DNA of 59,060 nucleotides from an uncultured Gammaproteobacteria bacterium (GTDB taxonomy: Bacteria > Patescibacteriota > Microgenomatia > UBA8517), in contig CAYWFF010000002.1 in the NCBI GenBank assembly GCA_964458085.1, forward strand, positions 3,473 to 62,532, read 5' to 3'. This document shows positions 1 to 9,919 of this stretch, in pieces. Below the pieces are notes generated by a model. That model saw nothing but the letters and a program-made list of their open reading frames with translations. It was not told the origin of the DNA and did not search any database. Made by a program: the position numbers and the translations under genes. Each line of letters starts with the position of its first letter. Within the stretch, counting starts at the first letter, position 1.

Positions 1-152
1 CAAAATGGTTACCATAAAACGTCACCGCTCTCCCCGCTTTACAGCCGGTAAAAAATTGAAAAGGCAGGTCCAGCGCTAACTTCCTATATTTCTTCTATCC
101 CGCTCTCATACTCTCCCGCTCTTAAATTATTCTAAATGTTATACTTTGCATA

Positions 153-1145
153 ATGAAAAAACACCCCGATAAATCTATTGTTGTTGAACATTTATTTAAA
201 AACTATGAAGTTACGGAGCGGGGAAAAGGGTTAACCGGAAGTTTGCGTTCATTGTTTTCACCCAAGAAGAAAACAGTAAAAGCTTTAAGCGATATATCTT
301 TTCATATTGCCAAAGGTGAATTGGTCGGTTTTATCGGACCTAACGGTGCAGGAAAAACTACGACTTTAAAAATACTGTCAGGACTTCTTTATCCTATGAA
401 AGGTCATGTAGACGTTTTGGGTTTTGATCCCTGGAAACGGAACCAAAAATTTTTAAAGCAAATATCCCTTGTCATGGGACAAAAAAACCAGCTATGGTGG
501 GATCTCCCGGCAATCGACTCTTTTGAACTTAATCGCGTAATATACGAAATCCCCCAAAAAGAATACAGTGCGACACTTGATGAGCTTGTCAATATGCTTG
601 AAATCGAAGATTTGTTGGGCATACAGGTCAGAAGATTGTCTTTAGGACAAAGAATGCGAATGGAGCTTGCGGCGTCACTACTTCATCAACCTAAAGTGCT
701 CTTTTTAGATGAACCGACAATTGGACTTGATTTAGTCGCCCAACAAAAGGTGAGAGATTTTATCTTTGACTACAGGAGACGATTTGAGGCGACTATTATT
801 CTAACTTCACACAATATGGATGATTTAGTTGATTTGACAAAAAGGGTGATCGTCATTGATAAAGGAAGTTTACTTTTTGATGGAGATTTTAGAGAGCTGA
901 CAAGCCAATTTGCAAAGGAGAAAAGAATCAACATTTTTCTTTCTAAAGAAGCTGATCTCAAAAAATTCACCGAGATAGGGAAAGTTGAACGTGCTGATTT
1001 TCCTCGTGTTACGATTGCGGTTCCTCGGGAAGTGGCGGCAGTAGCAGCTGCAGAAATATTACAACAATTTCCCATTGCCGACTTAACCATAGAAGAAGAA
1101 CCGGTTGACTCAATAATCCGCCGTGTTTTTAAAGGGGAAAAATAA
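153..1145 (+). CDS. ABC transporter ATP-binding protein
   Basis: Walker A GPNGAGKTT, ABC signature LSLGQRMR and Walker B VLFLDEPT. First gene of an ATPase plus two-permease operon. Confidence 0.9.
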   Translation: MKKHPDKSIVVEHLFKNYEVTERGKGLTGSLRSLFSPKKKTVKALSDISFHIAKGELVGFIGPNGAGKTTTLKILSGLLYPMKGHVDVLGFDPWKRNQKFLKQISLVMGQKNQLWWDLPAIDSFELNRVIYEIPQKEYSATLDELVNMLEIEDLLGIQVRRLSLGQRMRMELAASLLHQPKVLFLDEPTIGLDLVAQQKVRDFIFDYRRRFEATIILTSHNMDDLVDLTKRVIVIDKGSLLFDGDFRELTSQFAKEKRINIFLSKEADLKKFTEIGKVERADFPRVTIAVPREVAAVAAAEILQQFPIADLTIEEEPVDSIIRRVFKGEK

Positions 1146-1146
1146 A

Positions 1147-1950
1147 ATGCATAAGTATTTGGCAGTATTTGCAATTTCTTTTCAGCAAGAATTTGCATAC
1201 CGCATGAATTTTATCATGTGGCGGATTAGAAATGTTTTACAGGTATTAGTTACATACTTTTTGTGGACTACGCTTTTTGCGACTTCTGGCAGACAACTTT
1301 TCGGCTATACCCGTGAAACTATTATTACTTATGTTTTGGGATTACTTTTTATTCGTGCAGCCGTATTGTCTGCCAAAGCGCAAGACGTCGCAGGAGAAAT
1401 CGCCCGTGGTGATTTAAGTAATTACCTTGTTAAACCCATTAATTACTTTAAATATTGGCTAACCCGTGACATTGCAACAAAATCGCTAAATATTAGTTTT
1501 GCTTTTGCAGAAATGACCATACTATGGCTTTTGCTTAAACCGACATTGTTTTTCCAAACTGAAGTTGCCTATTTAATACTTTTTATTATTGCGCTTTTTT
1601 TGGCAATGTTTATATTTTTTATATTACTTTTTATAACTAACGCCATACCTTTTTGGGCACCTGAAGTTGCATGGGGAGGGCATTTTTTAGTTACGGTAAT
1701 TCTTATCGAGTTTTTATCAGGAGCACTTTTTCCCCTAGATATACTTCCCCAAATGTTTCAAAGCGTCCTTCATGCGACACCCTTTCCGTATTTGGTTTTT
1801 TTTCCTTTACAAATCTATTTAGGGAAAGTTCCATATTCCGAAGCCTTAACGGGTGTGCTGGTTGCCTTCTTTTGGGTAATTATGCTTTATTTTCTGATGA
1901 CTAAAATCTGGGCTAGAGGACTGAAGGCATATCAAGCGTATGGGAAGTAA
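1147..1950 (+). CDS. ABC-2 family transporter permease
   Basis: Polytopic hydrophobic ORF. ATG at 1147 lies directly after the ATPase stop (1143-1145); the track ORF start at 1123 is a GTG inside the upstream gene. Confidence 0.75.
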   Translation: MHKYLAVFAISFQQEFAYRMNFIMWRIRNVLQVLVTYFLWTTLFATSGRQLFGYTRETIITYVLGLLFIRAAVLSAKAQDVAGEIARGDLSNYLVKPINYFKYWLTRDIATKSLNISFAFAEMTILWLLLKPTLFFQTEVAYLILFIIALFLAMFIFFILLFITNAIPFWAPEVAWGGHFLVTVILIEFLSGALFPLDILPQMFQSVLHATPFPYLVFFPLQIYLGKVPYSEALTGVLVAFFWVIMLYFLMTKIWARGLKAYQAYGK

Positions 1951-2764
1951 AGTACTTAATTCCGTTTTTGTTATTTTAAAAACTACCCGTTATTACCTGA
2001 GGTTGTGGTTAATGATGAGCAAAAATTCATTTTTATCTGTACTTTCCCAAAAATCAGTATTTACAATTTTTCTTTTTGGCAAAATTCTGCGTTTTAGTTT
2101 TTTTACAATTTTTCTTTATTATGTTGTAAAAGGTGCCGAAACTCTGGCCGGATTTACTTTTGCAGAAGCCCTGTTTTTCTTTTTGACTTTTATGGCTTTA
2201 GACACGGTAAGTCAATTTTTGTACCGCGAAGTTTACCGATTCAGGCCGCTTATAATTTCAGGTGACTTTGACCTTATATTAATGAAACCCGCCAATTCTC
2301 TTTTCCGGGTACTTTTGGGAGGATCTGACGCCATTGATCTTTTTACGATCCCCCCTCTTCTGGTGGGCTTAATCTACACCGGTTGGCAATTATCTCCGTC
2401 ATTTCTGCAAGTAGTTGCTTATATATTTTTAATGCTTAACGGACTTCTGATTGCGACGGCTTTCCATGTGCTGGTTGTTTCATTGGGAATTATAACGCTG
2501 GAAATTGATCATAGCGTCATGATTTACCGGGACATAACTTCTATGGGCCGTTTTCCTGTTGATATCTACAAAGAACCTCTTCGCAGTATTCTCACTTTTA
2601 TTATACCTGTAGGGATTATGGTTACACTTCCGGCAAAAGTATTAATGGGGGCAATTTCAATTTCAGGAAGCCTTCTTTTATTTGTGTTTGGTTTAGGATT
2701 TTTTTACTTATCTTTACGGATTTGGAAATACGCTTTGAGACAATATACCAGTGCATCAAGTTAA
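1940..2764 (+). CDS. ABC-2 family transporter permease (second subunit)
   Basis: Polytopic membrane ORF overlapping the previous permease by 11 nt, which suggests translational coupling. Confidence 0.75.
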   Translation: MGSKVLNSVFVILKTTRYYLRLWLMMSKNSFLSVLSQKSVFTIFLFGKILRFSFFTIFLYYVVKGAETLAGFTFAEALFFFLTFMALDTVSQFLYREVYRFRPLIISGDFDLILMKPANSLFRVLLGGSDAIDLFTIPPLLVGLIYTGWQLSPSFLQVVAYIFLMLNGLLIATAFHVLVVSLGIITLEIDHSVMIYRDITSMGRFPVDIYKEPLRSILTFIIPVGIMVTLPAKVLMGAISISGSLLLFVFGLGFFYLSLRIWKYALRQYTSASS

Positions 2765-3230
2765 TATGAATGACGCATTGTTAATAATCAAAAGTCGTGC
2801 CATTATTCTTTCAGCAAAACTGATTACTGCTTTTTTCAGAATAAATCCTCCGCCTCGGGTTGCAGTCGTGGCATTCATTACTAAGAAAAATAAAATTCTT
2901 TGTATTGACTTGTCATATCAAAAAGGGCTGGCGCTTCCAGGCGGCGGTATTGAAAAGAATGAAAATTTGGAAGAGGGGCTGATTAGGGAAGTGTTTGAGG
3001 AAACAGGTTTAAAAATTACAAGTGCTAAATATTTTAATTCTTATCTTGCTTATTTTAAACCACAAAGCATATTTTCCTATCCTGTGCTTTCAGTTTATTT
3101 TATAGTTAAAACACAAGGAAAAGTACGTCCGTCTTCAGAAGGTTTACCTCTGTGGACCGAGCCGAAAAAAGCCATAACCCAGTTTGGCTATCAGGATAAT
3201 ATTTATGCTCTGAAAGACTATATGAAATGA
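2751..3230 (+). CDS. NUDIX hydrolase
   Basis: Complete Nudix box GGGIEKNENLEEGLIREVFEETGL (GX5EX7REUXEEXGU). An alternative ATG at 2766 is possible. Confidence 0.85.
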   Translation: MHQVNMNDALLIIKSRAIILSAKLITAFFRINPPPRVAVVAFITKKNKILCIDLSYQKGLALPGGGIEKNENLEEGLIREVFEETGLKITSAKYFNSYLAYFKPQSIFSYPVLSVYFIVKTQGKVRPSSEGLPLWTEPKKAITQFGYQDNIYALKDYMK

Positions 3231-4234
3231 AAAAAACACTAATTCCTAAATTGCTTGTTATTTGTGGTCCGACGGCAACCGGAAAGACAACACTTGCGTT
3301 AAGAGTAGCATTACTCTTTAACGCAGCTCTTATTTCGGCGGATTCGCGGCAAGTGTATAGACAGCTTGATATTGGAACGGGTAAAGATATCCCCGCCGGA
3401 GCACACTGGGTTGAAAGCTCGGTTAAGCTGTACGGAAAAAGGGTAGGTTATTATAAAATCGGCAGTGGAACGGCGATATGGGGGTATGATTTGGTTGGTC
3501 CGAAAGAAAACTTCAGCGTGGCGCATTTTGCAAATTTTGCAGGAAAAATTATATCCGAAATATATTCCAACAAACAACTTCCGATACTGGTAGGCGGATC
3601 GGGTTTATATATCAACTCTGTAACGGAAGGGATTGAAACGGTATCTATTCCCCGTAATATCAATTTAAGGGAAGCGCTTTCAGCCAAAAATAGCAGTGAG
3701 TTATTTGACCACCTATCGCTTCTTGACCCTATGAAAGCAGCCGGCTTAAACTTTTCGGATCGGAAAAATCCAAGACGTCTTATTCGAGCCATAGAAGTGG
3801 CGCAGTATAGATTGTCGGGAGCGTTAAAAAAATCCATTACATTTAAACAACGTGATATTTGTTTTGTCGGTTTAACTGCACCTCGCAATGTTTTGCAGGA
3901 GCGGATTGTCGAAAGGGTTCATCAAAGAGTAATAAACGGTCTGGAAGTTGAAATACAAAAACTCCTATCAGAAAAAGTAACTTTTAACGATCAGTCAATG
4001 GATACTCTGGGGTACAAAGAATGGAAAGACTACTTTCAGGGGAAAAGATCCAAGAAAGAAACAATTGATACATGGATACAGCATGAAATGCAGTATGCCA
4101 AAAGGCAGCTGACCTGGTTTAGGAGAAACAAAAATATCAAGTGGTACGATATCACCCAAGAAGGTTGGGAAAAAAACGTGGAAAAGTATATTGCGGCATG
4201 GTATGCTTCAGCTAATGGCAGTACAAAAAGTTGA
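3227..4234 (+). CDS. miaA: tRNA dimethylallyltransferase
   Basis: P-loop GPTATGKT and the MiaA-typical ISADSRQVYRQLDIGTGK motif. Length (335 aa) fits the family. Confidence 0.9.
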   Translation: MKKTLIPKLLVICGPTATGKTTLALRVALLFNAALISADSRQVYRQLDIGTGKDIPAGAHWVESSVKLYGKRVGYYKIGSGTAIWGYDLVGPKENFSVAHFANFAGKIISEIYSNKQLPILVGGSGLYINSVTEGIETVSIPRNINLREALSAKNSSELFDHLSLLDPMKAAGLNFSDRKNPRRLIRAIEVAQYRLSGALKKSITFKQRDICFVGLTAPRNVLQERIVERVHQRVINGLEVEIQKLLSEKVTFNDQSMDTLGYKEWKDYFQGKRSKKETIDTWIQHEMQYAKRQLTWFRRNKNIKWYDITQEGWEKNVEKYIAAWYASANGSTKS

Positions 4235-5210
4235 AATCTCTCATCGCTCAATAATTTTTGCTGTATTTTTTCTTTTGTCTTTGTGGTTCCTGTATTTTAT
4301 CAGAGATATAATTCTTACAATCTTTGTAGCTCTCCTTATTATGGCAGTATTAAATCCGTTAGTTACAAAACTCTCCCGCCATAAAATCCCCAGAACTTTA
4401 TCAATTATTGTCACCTATTTACTGGTTCTTACAATCATTAGCGTAACCGTCGCATCGGTTGTTCCTCCCCTCATAGATCAGACTTCGGGATTTCTGGCAA
4501 CGCTCCCCACCTATGTTAATAATGTGGGGATTTCTACAGCATTCGGCGATCAGCTTTTAGAACAGTTAGCCTCTCAGCTTGGTTCGCTTCCGGCACAGCT
4601 CGGCAGATTTACAATTTCAGTGTTCTCAAATGTCATCGGTATCGTAACTGTTTTTGTTTTTGCATTTTATTTACTTTCAGGTAGAGATAGGTTGGACGAT
4701 CAGTTGGCAGTATTTTTTGGTGATGATCAAAAAGCAGTAGTTGCCCGTTTTGTTGACACATTAGAATCTAAATTAGGTGGCTGGGCACGGGCGCAACTCA
4801 GTTTGATGCTGGTAATTGGTGTTTCAAGTTATATTGGACTTAGTTTATTGGGAATTCCTTATGCTTTACCTCTATCCATACTTGCGGGACTTCTTGAAGT
4901 CGTACCTTATGCTGGACCAATTATCGCTGCAATCCCTGCTGTTGTTATAGGTTTCGGCATCTCTCCTGTTATGGGTTTTGCGACTGCCTCATTGGCTTTT
5001 CTTATTCAGCAACTTGAAAATTACGTTTTTGTACCCAAAATAATGCAACATTCAGCAGGAGTTAGTCCTTTGGTGACGCTGGTTGCGCTTTCTATCGGTT
5101 TCCGCTTGGCTGGTGTTGTAGGCCTTCTCATGTCTGTACCTGTATATCTTACACTTCACCTGATTGTAAAAACCTTCTTTGTCCATAAGACTGCCTCATT
5201 GAAAATTTAG
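4215..5210 (+). CDS. AI-2E family transporter (PerM/UPF0118-like permease)
   Basis: Multi-TM protein whose C-terminal half (LLEVVPYAGPIIAAIPAV...QQLENYVFVPKIM) is typical of the family. Start is uncertain: the track ORF begins at 4191 inside miaA, with ATGs at 4203 and 4215. Confidence 0.8.
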   Translation: MAVQKVEISHRSIIFAVFFLLSLWFLYFIRDIILTIFVALLIMAVLNPLVTKLSRHKIPRTLSIIVTYLLVLTIISVTVASVVPPLIDQTSGFLATLPTYVNNVGISTAFGDQLLEQLASQLGSLPAQLGRFTISVFSNVIGIVTVFVFAFYLLSGRDRLDDQLAVFFGDDQKAVVARFVDTLESKLGGWARAQLSLMLVIGVSSYIGLSLLGIPYALPLSILAGLLEVVPYAGPIIAAIPAVVIGFGISPVMGFATASLAFLIQQLENYVFVPKIMQHSAGVSPLVTLVALSIGFRLAGVVGLLMSVPVYLTLHLIVKTFFVHKTASLKI

Positions 5211-5232
5211 CTTCAATTTGATATAATTGCCC

Positions 5233-5816
5233 TGTTCTGGAAGAGGGATGACTACCCCACTCTTTCCGGGTTTTTAAGCGCAGTTTGATTAAAACACCTT
5301 ATTTAAAAGACCGGAAAGGGTGGGGAGGAAAGTCCAGGCAGCAAAAAGCAGGAGACCCGATGTAAGTCGGGATCTGAAGCCTTAAGCTATTTGAGGAAAC
5401 TTAATTAGTTTGGGGTGAAAGGCTGGTGTCCCGTTCTGAAAGGAATCGGGAACATGAGCGGAAACGACCGCTCGTGAGAGCAACAGAAACGATCTTTACG
5501 CTACACTTAAGATTTACATCTCCCCCGCGGAGACCATTCCTTAAGCATGTGTAAAGCTGAAACGGGCAATCCCCTCCGCTGCAACCTCCGACAGTTCCAC
5601 TCTTTTAAAGACAAGGTGCTTTTCCGAAAGTGTTTGAAAGTAACACGGCGGAACGAAGTTTGAGGGCTTAGATAGATTGTCATCTACCCCACCTTTTTTG
5701 GACTTTTGAGTCCGGTATTTAGGGAATTAACATTAATATTGCAATAAAAAAAGTTGATACTTAAAAATCTAGAAAAGGTGGGGGAAACAGAACCTGGCTT
5801 ACCAGCTTCCAGAACA
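5233..5816 (+). ncRNA. rnpB: RNase P RNA, bacterial type A-like, unusually long (~580 nt)
   Basis: P4 5' strand GGAGGAAAGTCCAGGC at ~5326-5341 and P4 3' strand ACAGAACCTGGCTTA at ~5788-5802. Terminal P1 helix GTTCTGGAAG (5234-5243) pairs with CTTCCAGAAC (5806-5815). The region is otherwise non-coding. Confidence 0.9.
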
Positions 5817-5820
5817 TCTA

Positions 5821-5850
5821 AAAAAGCTTTGCTAAATGCAAAGCTTTTTT
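5821..5850 (+). terminator. Intrinsic terminator hairpin after rnpB
   Basis: Perfect 12-bp stem aaaaagctttgc / gcaaagcttttt with loop taaat, followed by a T run. Confidence 0.75.
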
Positions 5851-5940
5851 AGTGGGTTTTAATTTGTAACTTTTTCCCACACTTTCGGAAAAACCCCCAA
5901 GAGGTTATACTGTACTAGTTCGGGAAAGGAGGTGAAAGAC

Positions 5941-6624
5941 ATGAATGATGTTTCAAATTGGCAGTCGGCTCTCCTTACGTCGTGGTCGCAGGTGTGGAGC
6001 GCATTTTTATCGCTTCTTCCAACTCTTCTCGGTGCGATTCTTATATTTGCTCTTGGTTTAGTATTGGCATTTTGGATTAAGCGTTTAGTTATAGAGGTTT
6101 TGAAAGTAGTCCGTTTTGAAAAAGCTGCTGATTCAATAGGAGTTGACCAATATCTCAAGAAAGCAGATATAGGTTTAACCGCAACTGAACTTGTAGGAAC
6201 CTTTGTCGAATGGCTCATTATATTAGTATTTTTCCTTACCGTTGTTGATATCTTGGGTTTAAGAGTTGTGTCGAATGTACTGACGCAAGTTCTGGGTTAT
6301 GTGCCAAACATACTCGCTGCGGCTCTTATTATCGGTGCCGGGTCGTTTTTAGCACGTTTAGTTGACGGGCTGGTGCGCGGAGCTTTGGCATCTGTTGATA
6401 CCGATCTTGCAAGACCTGTAGGAAAACTTGCCAGGTGGTTAATCTTAATTATTGCTTTTTTTGCAGCCATAGAACAGTTACAGATTGCTCAAAACTTAAT
6501 TGCTATATTTTTCCAAGGTTTAACTTATACGGTAGTACTGGTTGTTGGTTTGTCTATAGGTTTAGGAGCTAAAGATTTAGTATCAAAGGTATTGACCGAT
6601 TGGTACGACAAGGTCCGAAAATAG
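5941..6624 (+). CDS. Membrane protein with conserved TM-helix repeats (MscS N-terminal-like)
   Basis: ATG at 5941 is preceded by RBS AAGGAGG (5927-5933). Four or more TM segments with repeated amphipathic linkers. Function unknown. Confidence 0.6.
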   Translation: MNDVSNWQSALLTSWSQVWSAFLSLLPTLLGAILIFALGLVLAFWIKRLVIEVLKVVRFEKAADSIGVDQYLKKADIGLTATELVGTFVEWLIILVFFLTVVDILGLRVVSNVLTQVLGYVPNILAAALIIGAGSFLARLVDGLVRGALASVDTDLARPVGKLARWLILIIAFFAAIEQLQIAQNLIAIFFQGLTYTVVLVVGLSIGLGAKDLVSKVLTDWYDKVRK

Positions 6625-6737
6625 TAAAGGCATTTACCTAAATTAGGAAAAGCCTTGTTGTGTGGCTTTAAAAGGTCGGGGAAAGCTGCTACTTGGTAGT
6701 GCGCCTGTTCTTTCGCTATAATGAAATATATCTGCCC

Positions 6738-8417
6738 ATGAATATTGATCCTTCAGTCTTAAAAAAGATTTTAGTTGGCGCTGGTTTTGTTACTGATAAA
6801 GAATTTGACGATGCGTCCCAAACAGCAGAGGAATTAAATAAAAACGTTACTGACGTTCTTATTTTTCGGGGATTTTTAAATGAAGACACACTTGGGGGAT
6901 TACTTGCGGAACACTATAAGGTTCCCTTCGCAAACATTAAACGGCAAGTCATTGACCCTTCAGTACTCGCCCTCGTTCCGGAAAAACTTGCACGGACTTA
7001 CCGACTAATTCCTTTTGCAAAAGAGAAAAATATTCTCAAAATTGCAATGGAAGATCCGGAAAATTTTGAAGCTTTAGAATTTCTGAAACGTCATACGGGT
7101 TTAAAAATTGACGTATCATATGCCGGCAAAGAAGACATTACAAAAGTTTTAGGTAAATACAAAAAAAGTATAAAAGACGATTTTGAAACCATAATAGAAG
7201 AAAACATTAAAAAGACCGATCTTGAAGATGATCTTCTGAAAGCAGCAGAAAAAGTGCCGATAGTTACAATTCTGGATACCGTTTTAACATATGCACTTGC
7301 CGAACACGCATCGGATATCCACATGGAAGTCCAGGAAAAAGAAGTTATGGTTCGTTACCGAATAGACGGAGTCCTGCGGGACATTGTAAGACTTCCCCGA
7401 GGGATAGAACCGGCTCTTATTGCCCGTATTAAAATACTTTCAAACTTGAAAATTGATGAACGAAGAGTTCCTCAGGACGGAAGGTATAAATTTCAGGTAG
7501 ATGACGATATTGTGTCATTTCGTATTTCCATCATCCCCGGTTTTTACGGCGAGAATGTGGTCATGAGGGTTTTACAGGACACTAACCGACCCTTAAGCTT
7601 ACAGGAGCTGGGTATTACGGGGAAAGGACTTGAAATCGTCCGCGAAAACATCAGTAAGCCTCACGGAATGGTTTTGGTTACGGGACCGACGGGTTCAGGG
7701 AAAACTACAACACTTTATTCGGTCCTTAATATTTTAAATACTATTGAAGTCAAAATCTGCACCATAGAAGACCCGATTGAGTATGCCATAAATAGGGTTG
7801 TACAAATACAAGTTAACACTAAAACCGGTATGGATTTTTCAGCGGGGCTTAGAGCGCTTATGAGGCACGATCCTGATATCATTATGGTTGGCGAAATCCG
7901 TGACAAAGAAACTGCAGAAATTGCCATTCACTCAGCATTGACCGGCCATTTGGTCCTATCTACACTACATACAAATACTGCTTCAGGCGCGATACCGAGA
8001 TTTATCGATATGGGGGTAGAAGGTTTTTTGCTGGCATCGACTTTGAACATCATAGTTGCTCAGCGTTTGGTCCGGAAACTTTGCACCTCGTGTATTGTAG
8101 AATTTAAACCTGATGAAACAGTAAGAAAAAAACTTTCAAAAGATCTGAATGTAGATTTGGGAGATCAAAAATTCTACAAAGGAGCAGGCTGTGATAAGTG
8201 CGGACAAAAAGGCTACTCGGGGCGAATCGGAATTTATGAAATTCTTCATATAACTGAAGAAATTCGCGCACTTATTACTAAACACGCAACTAGTGATGAA
8301 ATTCAGGAACTTGCCCATGAACAAGGAATGGAAACCATGCTTCAGGACGGACTTAATAAAGTTGCTTCAGGTTTAACCACCATAGAAGAAGTTATTCGGG
8401 TTGTGAGGGAAAACTAA
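6738..8417 (+). CDS. pilB: Type IV pilus assembly ATPase (GspE/PilB family)
   Basis: Walker A GPTGSGKTTT, Walker B DPDIIMVGEIRD, His box GHLVLSTLHTN and tetracysteine CTSC...CDKC. ATG at 6738; the track ORF starts at a TTG at 6693. Confidence 0.93.
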   Translation: MNIDPSVLKKILVGAGFVTDKEFDDASQTAEELNKNVTDVLIFRGFLNEDTLGGLLAEHYKVPFANIKRQVIDPSVLALVPEKLARTYRLIPFAKEKNILKIAMEDPENFEALEFLKRHTGLKIDVSYAGKEDITKVLGKYKKSIKDDFETIIEENIKKTDLEDDLLKAAEKVPIVTILDTVLTYALAEHASDIHMEVQEKEVMVRYRIDGVLRDIVRLPRGIEPALIARIKILSNLKIDERRVPQDGRYKFQVDDDIVSFRISIIPGFYGENVVMRVLQDTNRPLSLQELGITGKGLEIVRENISKPHGMVLVTGPTGSGKTTTLYSVLNILNTIEVKICTIEDPIEYAINRVVQIQVNTKTGMDFSAGLRALMRHDPDIIMVGEIRDKETAEIAIHSALTGHLVLSTLHTNTASGAIPRFIDMGVEGFLLASTLNIIVAQRLVRKLCTSCIVEFKPDETVRKKLSKDLNVDLGDQKFYKGAGCDKCGQKGYSGRIGIYEILHITEEIRALITKHATSDEIQELAHEQGMETMLQDGLNKVASGLTTIEEVIRVVREN

Positions 8418-8418
8418 T

Positions 8419-9630
8419 ATGCCACTTTTTGCGTTTAAAGCCAAAAATAAGAACGGAAAGATAGTTGAGGACGTAGTGCAGGTTGCCAATAAAAAAGAGG
8501 CAGTTGCACTTCTTAAAGCAGATGAATTGCAGCTTTTGACCATCAAAAGCTTGGATTCAAAGTTTAAAGGAGCATTTCAAGGTTCTATTTCAGTTTCAGA
8601 AAAAGCGGCGTTCTGCAGATTTTTGGCAACCATGCTTCGCGCCGGACTGCCATTAACTGAAGCAATTGAAATAATAAGCCAGGAAAGCGAAAACAAAAAG
8701 ATGAAGGAAGTTCTTCTTGATTTATCTTTCAATATTAAGAAAGGCTCTCCCATGTCTACGGTTTTGGCAAAGTACAAAAACGATTTTGATGCAGTATTTC
8801 TTACAATGGTAAAAGCGGGGGAAGAGTCGGGGACTTTGGAAAAATCATTTGACTATTTGGCTAAACAAATGCTTGCCAGTTACGAACTATCTCAAAAAGT
8901 TAAGGGCTCATTAATGTATCCTGCAATTATTGTCGTTGCTATGCTTGCAAATGCATTAATCATGCTTTTATTTGTTCTTCCTAAACTTTCAGATGTATTT
9001 TTACAACTTAACGCCGAGATGCCGCCGGTAACGAAATTTGTTTTAAATGTCGGTCAATCGGTTGGTGCAAATTTAGTAGTTACTTTGGGTGTATTTGCTG
9101 CAATCATAATGTTTATTGCGGGACTATTTATCGTAAGAACCACCAGAACCTTTATTTTTAATTGGTTTGTGAAGCTGCCGGTTATTTCAAAAGTAATGGA
9201 TCAATTGGACGTTGCCCGTTTCGCCCGTACTCTTTCAACACTCCTCAAAAGCGGAGTCCCGATAATGGCTGCTTTGGACGTATCTGCGGATGTGTTAAAA
9301 CAGCCACAGCTTCAAAAAGAAGCCAAAGCTTTCAGTGAAGGGGTATCAGAAGGACAATCTTTATCAGATATTTTATCAAGTCACAAAAAATCATTTCCTG
9401 TTACCATGATCCAAACAATAAGAGCAGGAGAGAGGTCGGGGAGTTTGGAACTTGTATTGGAAGAGCTGGCGGGATTTTATGAAATGGAAGTAGACTATTC
9501 CCTGAAACGGGCAACTGCCCTACTTGAACCATTGCTTATGCTTTTTGTCGGTATTGCGGTCGGAGGAATGGTCGTGATTATGATTTCGCCGATTTATAGC
9601 ATTGTGGGAGGTCTTGAAGGGAATATGTAA
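8419..9630 (+). CDS. pilC: Type IV pilus platform protein (GspF/PilC family)
   Basis: 403 aa with two T2SSF-like repeats and three TM segments. Lies directly after pilB. Confidence 0.9.
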   Translation: MPLFAFKAKNKNGKIVEDVVQVANKKEAVALLKADELQLLTIKSLDSKFKGAFQGSISVSEKAAFCRFLATMLRAGLPLTEAIEIISQESENKKMKEVLLDLSFNIKKGSPMSTVLAKYKNDFDAVFLTMVKAGEESGTLEKSFDYLAKQMLASYELSQKVKGSLMYPAIIVVAMLANALIMLLFVLPKLSDVFLQLNAEMPPVTKFVLNVGQSVGANLVVTLGVFAAIIMFIAGLFIVRTTRTFIFNWFVKLPVISKVMDQLDVARFARTLSTLLKSGVPIMAALDVSADVLKQPQLQKEAKAFSEGVSEGQSLSDILSSHKKSFPVTMIQTIRAGERSGSLELVLEELAGFYEMEVDYSLKRATALLEPLLMLFVGIAVGGMVVIMISPIYSIVGGLEGNM

Positions 9631-9917
9631 TGAAGCTACGTGTTTTATTTCTGATTTTGGTTCTGGGTATCGCTCTTGCGTTAACGGTTGTTATTTTCAA
9701 TAAAAAGGCTGATCCTTCTTCCGGCATGTCTCCCAGTATTACCCCAACTGAATTTGTTTCAGAAGAATTTGATACCGGCATTTTTAACTTACCGGAAGAT
9801 TCAGGTATAACTTCTCCTCAACCCGGGATTGACTGTGTTTTAGGAGATGATTTTGTCCGTGAAGGGACTGTTAACACCAATACAGTGTGCGTAAAAAATC
9901 TTCCTGGTGCAGAATAA
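9630..9917 (+). CDS. Small membrane-anchored hypothetical protein
   Basis: N-terminal TM/signal segment MKLRVLFLILVLGIALALTVVIF. Its start overlaps the pilC stop. No recognisable family. Confidence 0.45.
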   Translation: MKLRVLFLILVLGIALALTVVIFNKKADPSSGMSPSITPTEFVSEEFDTGIFNLPEDSGITSPQPGIDCVLGDDFVREGTVNTNTVCVKNLPGAE

Positions 9918-9919
9918 CT

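Noticed and set aside
2-79. Possible 3' end of a plus-strand gene at the window edge (…MVTIKRHRSPRFTAGKKLKRQVQR*).
   Set aside because: It is too short and truncated to identify. Its basic composition is suggestive of a ribosomal or nucleic-acid-binding protein tail, but no match was recognised.
5859-6218. 119-aa minus-strand ORF between rnpB and the TM-helix protein gene.
   Set aside because: It is antisense to a well-supported plus-strand gene with a strong RBS (5941-6624). It has a low-complexity composition and no start context.
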